Below are positions 26,204-28,708 of a stretch of 28,708 bases of DNA, one piece after another. How positions within the stretch are numbered: the stretch's first letter is position 1; every line of letters starts with the position of its first letter. The stretch comes from a virus (lineage: Duplodnaviria; Caudoviricetes). The notes under the pieces were generated by a model. It was not told the origin of the DNA. It searched no databases and worked only from the letters and a program-made list of their open reading frames with translations. Made by a program: the position numbers and the translations under genes. The DNA is taken from IMG/VR virus record IMGVR_UViG_3300044676_000741, positions 1 through 28,708 of that record. The stretch is one strand, 5' to 3'.

Positions 26204-26443
26204 TTATCCTAGTGTGTCTTTTGTGCGTTCTATAATCTGACCTCTGGTTTCATATTCACCGGGGCCGGGGCCAAGCCTAGACCCACTCATCAACGATCGA
26301 CTACCATCATCACGACCACCGGGGCGAGATCTTAGTTTTGATGCCGCCAACTGTTGAGCGCGAGTTACACCTACTGGCTCTGGTGGTGCCGCTGGTGGTG
26401 GTGGTGGTGCTTTCTTTTTGCCGCCGCCAAATAAACTGCCCAT
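26204..26443 (-). CDS. Small Pro-rich protein
   Basis: MGSLFGGGKKKAPPPPP...KDTLG; AGGAG RBS. Confidence 0.7.
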   Translation of the reverse strand: MGSLFGGGKKKAPPPPPAAPPEPVGVTRAQQLAASKLRSRPGGRDDGSRSLMSGSRLGPGPGEYETRGQIIERTKDTLG

Positions 26444-26444
26444 A

Positions 26445-26660
26445 TTACGCTCCTAAAGTATCTTGAACGCCAGTCTGCGGCGTTTCACGTTCCATTGACA
26501 ACAACAAGCGCTGGCCGCCTACGCGCCGCGCTCTTTGCCTTGCGGCAATCGCCGCCGCCTTCTGAGCCTCTTCAGCTTCAAGACGTTCCTCTTGCCGCTT
26601 CTGCGCCTCAACCAGTTTCGGATCTGGCGCTGGCGGTTTTGGCGCTCTCATAAATGACAT
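26445..26660 (-). CDS. Small Pro-rich / coiled-coil protein
   Basis: MSFMRAPKPPAPDP...QDTLGA; GAGG upstream; start probably 26660. Confidence 0.7.
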   Translation of the reverse strand: MSFMRAPKPPAPDPKLVEAQKRQEERLEAEEAQKAAAIAARQRARRVGGQRLLLSMERETPQTGVQDTLGA

Positions 26661-27126
26661 CAGCATACCTCGCTAACATTTCGTGATCATCGCCATTCGG
26701 GCCATAACCAATTAACAAACCTTCACGCCGGAATTTTAACGCATTTGCATACCTGATGGCAAGCCCATCATTTACATTAACAGTTATCTGTAGTCTATGC
26801 AATTTTAGATCTGCCATCGCTATGTCGAAATAACGCATTGCGCCGCGTAACATTTTGACCGCGTGACCCTCAACTACCGAGGTGGTCAGCATCCACGCCT
26901 CACCTACGCCCGGCCACAAACTACAGATCCCAAAGAAACACGCCATCCTGCCGCGATACATCGCTGTCCACGCATGAGGCTCATTGCTATACATCTTTAA
27001 CACATCAACAAAGTTTGGGATCTGCTTAAAGCATTGGCTTGAGTGATGCCTCAGCTTGACGTTCATCGGGTGCGCCCAATGAAATTTAACAAATCTTACA
27101 TCTGACCCATTGACTATTTCGCGCAT
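26608..27126 (-). CDS. GNAT-fold acetyltransferase-like protein
   Basis: GVGEAWML, LKLHRLQITV, AIRYANALKFRREGLL and YGPNGDD: RimJ/RimL-like C-terminal pattern. Confidence 0.72.
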   Translation of the reverse strand: MREIVNGSDVRFVKFHWAHPMNVKLRHHSSQCFKQIPNFVDVLKMYSNEPHAWTAMYRGRMACFFGICSLWPGVGEAWMLTTSVVEGHAVKMLRGAMRYFDIAMADLKLHRLQITVNVNDGLAIRYANALKFRREGLLIGYGPNGDDHEMLARYADVIYESAKTASARSETG

Positions 27127-27142
27127 CGGATTATGTTAATCA

Positions 27143-27295
27143 CTATGGATTCCTCCCCAACTGCCCCGGCACTAGTCGGGGATTTTTTTTGCGGTTGTAA
27201 ACCTTAGCAGATGGCACCACTCTCTTGCGATACTTACCCTGACGCAGATCTCGCGCAATAGGATTACAGCTCTTCGATCTCGGTGTCTTCGACAT
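27143..27295 (-). CDS. Small basic protein, ArfA-like motif, 50 aa
   Basis: Start revised to 27295 (GGAG upstream). NPIARDLRQGKYRKRVVPSAKVYNRKK. Confidence 0.6.
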   Translation of the reverse strand: MSKTPRSKSCNPIARDLRQGKYRKRVVPSAKVYNRKKNPRLVPGQLGRNP

Positions 27296-27470
27296 CGCCG
27301 ATCTCCAGCACCTCATAGTCGCCATCATTCAAAGCTATCAACGCCAGCTCTTCGGCTTGCTCTTCGGTGTCAGCCTTAACGACAATGCCGAGCTTTACCG
27401 TCACATCAAAGATAACGCTAAACTCACCCTCTTGCCTGATGAGCGATCCATTGAAATTAAATGATGCCAT
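27264..27470 (-). CDS. Small acidic hypothetical protein
   Basis: GAGGGAG RBS; VKADTEEQAEELA motif. Confidence 0.7.
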   Translation of the reverse strand: MASFNFNGSLIRQEGEFSVIFDVTVKLGIVVKADTEEQAEELALIALNDGDYEVLEIGDVEDTEIEEL

Positions 27471-27482
27471 AATAATCTCCCT

Positions 27483-28706
27483 CTAAAAAACATCAAAATC
27501 CATATTCGCCACAGCTTGCTTAAACTGCGACTTACCCAAATAGTTCTTAGTCATAGCACGATGTTCGCCGCCGCCCAACATCAAATATCCATACGCATCA
27601 CCAACGTGCGAATGCTCATTCTTGTTCGGCGCATCCCTGAACCGCTCCTGACCGCCGCCCATAGCGACACGTTTAAAGTGATAACCGCCAGCCAAAGACT
27701 TACGCACCTTGTGACAATTTTTGGCCACAATTAATCCGGGCTTACCGTCAATCAATCTATTCATCGGCATTGCGCCAGCTTCGCGCCGCACCATAAAATC
27801 ATTTGATGCGGTCGGTTGCGCCCTTAGCCCCAACGTCCTCAGATGCTCAAACGCCGTCACCTCGAAGATCTCATCCCTCTTGGCACCAGCCGGGTCACCC
27901 CAGATCATCACATCATTCTTCGGGAAATGCGTCTGGATGTCAGCCATCAAGTGATGACAGAACCGCTCCAGCCCCATATCAAACGCCACCAGCTCATGCA
28001 CGACATTCCATCTTCCATTCGGCAGTTTCTGTCCAAATACCGCCGCTGGTGTCAAACCAAAGTCCAATCCAATATGGACAGGCAGGGCAGGCTCAATCTC
28101 TACATCACCCGACATCAGACTATCGCTAAACTCATGCCACACTGGCTTGCCGTCCTGCACATACACATACTGCGCCCCGGCATAACACTGTATCCAATCC
28201 AGCGTCTTTCCGGCCAACTGCTGTTCATAATAGCCCGGCGGCAGATTATTAACATTCTCAGCCTTCGGATTATTCAGCCAATACTTGCCAGCCGCAAAAA
28301 TATTGTCTTCGTGTTCCTTCGTACCCTCAACCACGCCGCCCGGCTGTTTGTAAAACTTCCAAGGGTACTTACCCCTAATCGGATTTTTCTCAGCTAGGTT
28401 AGGCCACCAGTGGTCACTATCCATCGGGTTGGTGGACATCCACACACCGCGCCAAGGGCAACCGCCGTGCTTCTTGGTCGGGTAACGACCAACGCGGCTA
28501 GTCAACCCATCGACTACCGCCTTGGGCAACTCTCGCGCCTCATCAATAAAACCGCCAGTCAATTCCAACGACAACAGCTTACGCACATCACGCGGTTGAT
28601 CCAGAGCCAGAAAGATCACCTCACAATCAAGCCCAGCCGCGCCATCACGCGGCGGTAGCTTGATGTGATGGGTGATCGGTGGCGACCAACGCATTTGACC
28701 CCAAGT
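27483..28706 (-). CDS. terL: Terminase large subunit (5'-truncated by the window end)
   Basis: Walker B LTGGFIDEARE, coupling motif MSTNP, nuclease motifs IGLDFGLTPA, GDPAG and HSHVGDAYGY. The frame is open to the window edge. Confidence 0.92.
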   Translation of the reverse strand, partial: TWGQMRWSPPITHHIKLPPRDGAAGLDCEVIFLALDQPRDVRKLLSLELTGGFIDEARELPKAVVDGLTSRVGRYPTKKHGGCPWRGVWMSTNPMDSDHWWPNLAEKNPIRGKYPWKFYKQPGGVVEGTKEHEDNIFAAGKYWLNNPKAENVNNLPPGYYEQQLAGKTLDWIQCYAGAQYVYVQDGKPVWHEFSDSLMSGDVEIEPALPVHIGLDFGLTPAAVFGQKLPNGRWNVVHELVAFDMGLERFCHHLMADIQTHFPKNDVMIWGDPAGAKRDEIFEVTAFEHLRTLGLRAQPTASNDFMVRREAGAMPMNRLIDGKPGLIVAKNCHKVRKSLAGGYHFKRVAMGGGQERFRDAPNKNEHSHVGDAYGYLMLGGGEHRAMTKNYLGKSQFKQAVANMDFDVF

Positions 28707-28708
28707 GT

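Noticed and set aside
10751-28658. Numerous plus-strand ORFs opposite the structural genes
   Set aside because: They are antisense shadows of well-supported minus-strand genes, with no RBS or motif support.
1-28708. tRNA, rRNA, CRISPR array, IS element or stop-codon recoding
   Set aside because: No cloverleaf, spaced repeats or transposase seen, and genes tile the window under the standard code.

Overview
The window is a gene-dense segment of a tailed dsDNA podovirus genome with HTVC010P/BPP-1-like gene order. A marine alphaproteobacterial host is plausible, but that is inference only. From right to left on the minus strand: terminase large subunit (partial), small genes including a GNAT-fold and an ArfA-like peptide, portal, Bbp19-like protein, scaffold, major capsid, probable capsid decoration protein, tail tubular A and B, four internal virion (ejection) proteins, an Ala/Ser-rich tail fibre, three tandem paralogous fibre-tip genes, further fibre-associated genes and a lysis module (M15 peptidase endolysin, holin). 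A short plus-strand operon (1246-3973) carries a serine recombinase, two small ORFs missed by the ORF track, an AT-rich HNH endonuclease and a YqaJ-type exonuclease. It diverges from a minus-strand DNA-metabolism operon (Holliday junction resolvase, PD-(D/E)XK nuclease, probable ssDNA-binding protein). The most notable signal is an apparently intact HhH-GPD DNA glycosylase/AP-lyase-like domain (K619...D637) fused to the C-terminal half of an internal virion protein, a candidate virion-injected base-excision effector. Other leads are a tandem GDLA-ending fibre-tip cassette array, a structured capsid mRNA leader behind a terminator-embedded promoter, an ArfA-like peptide and an inverted 9-bp motif in both divergent promoters. 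All calls come from motif recognition by eye; no database searches were run.
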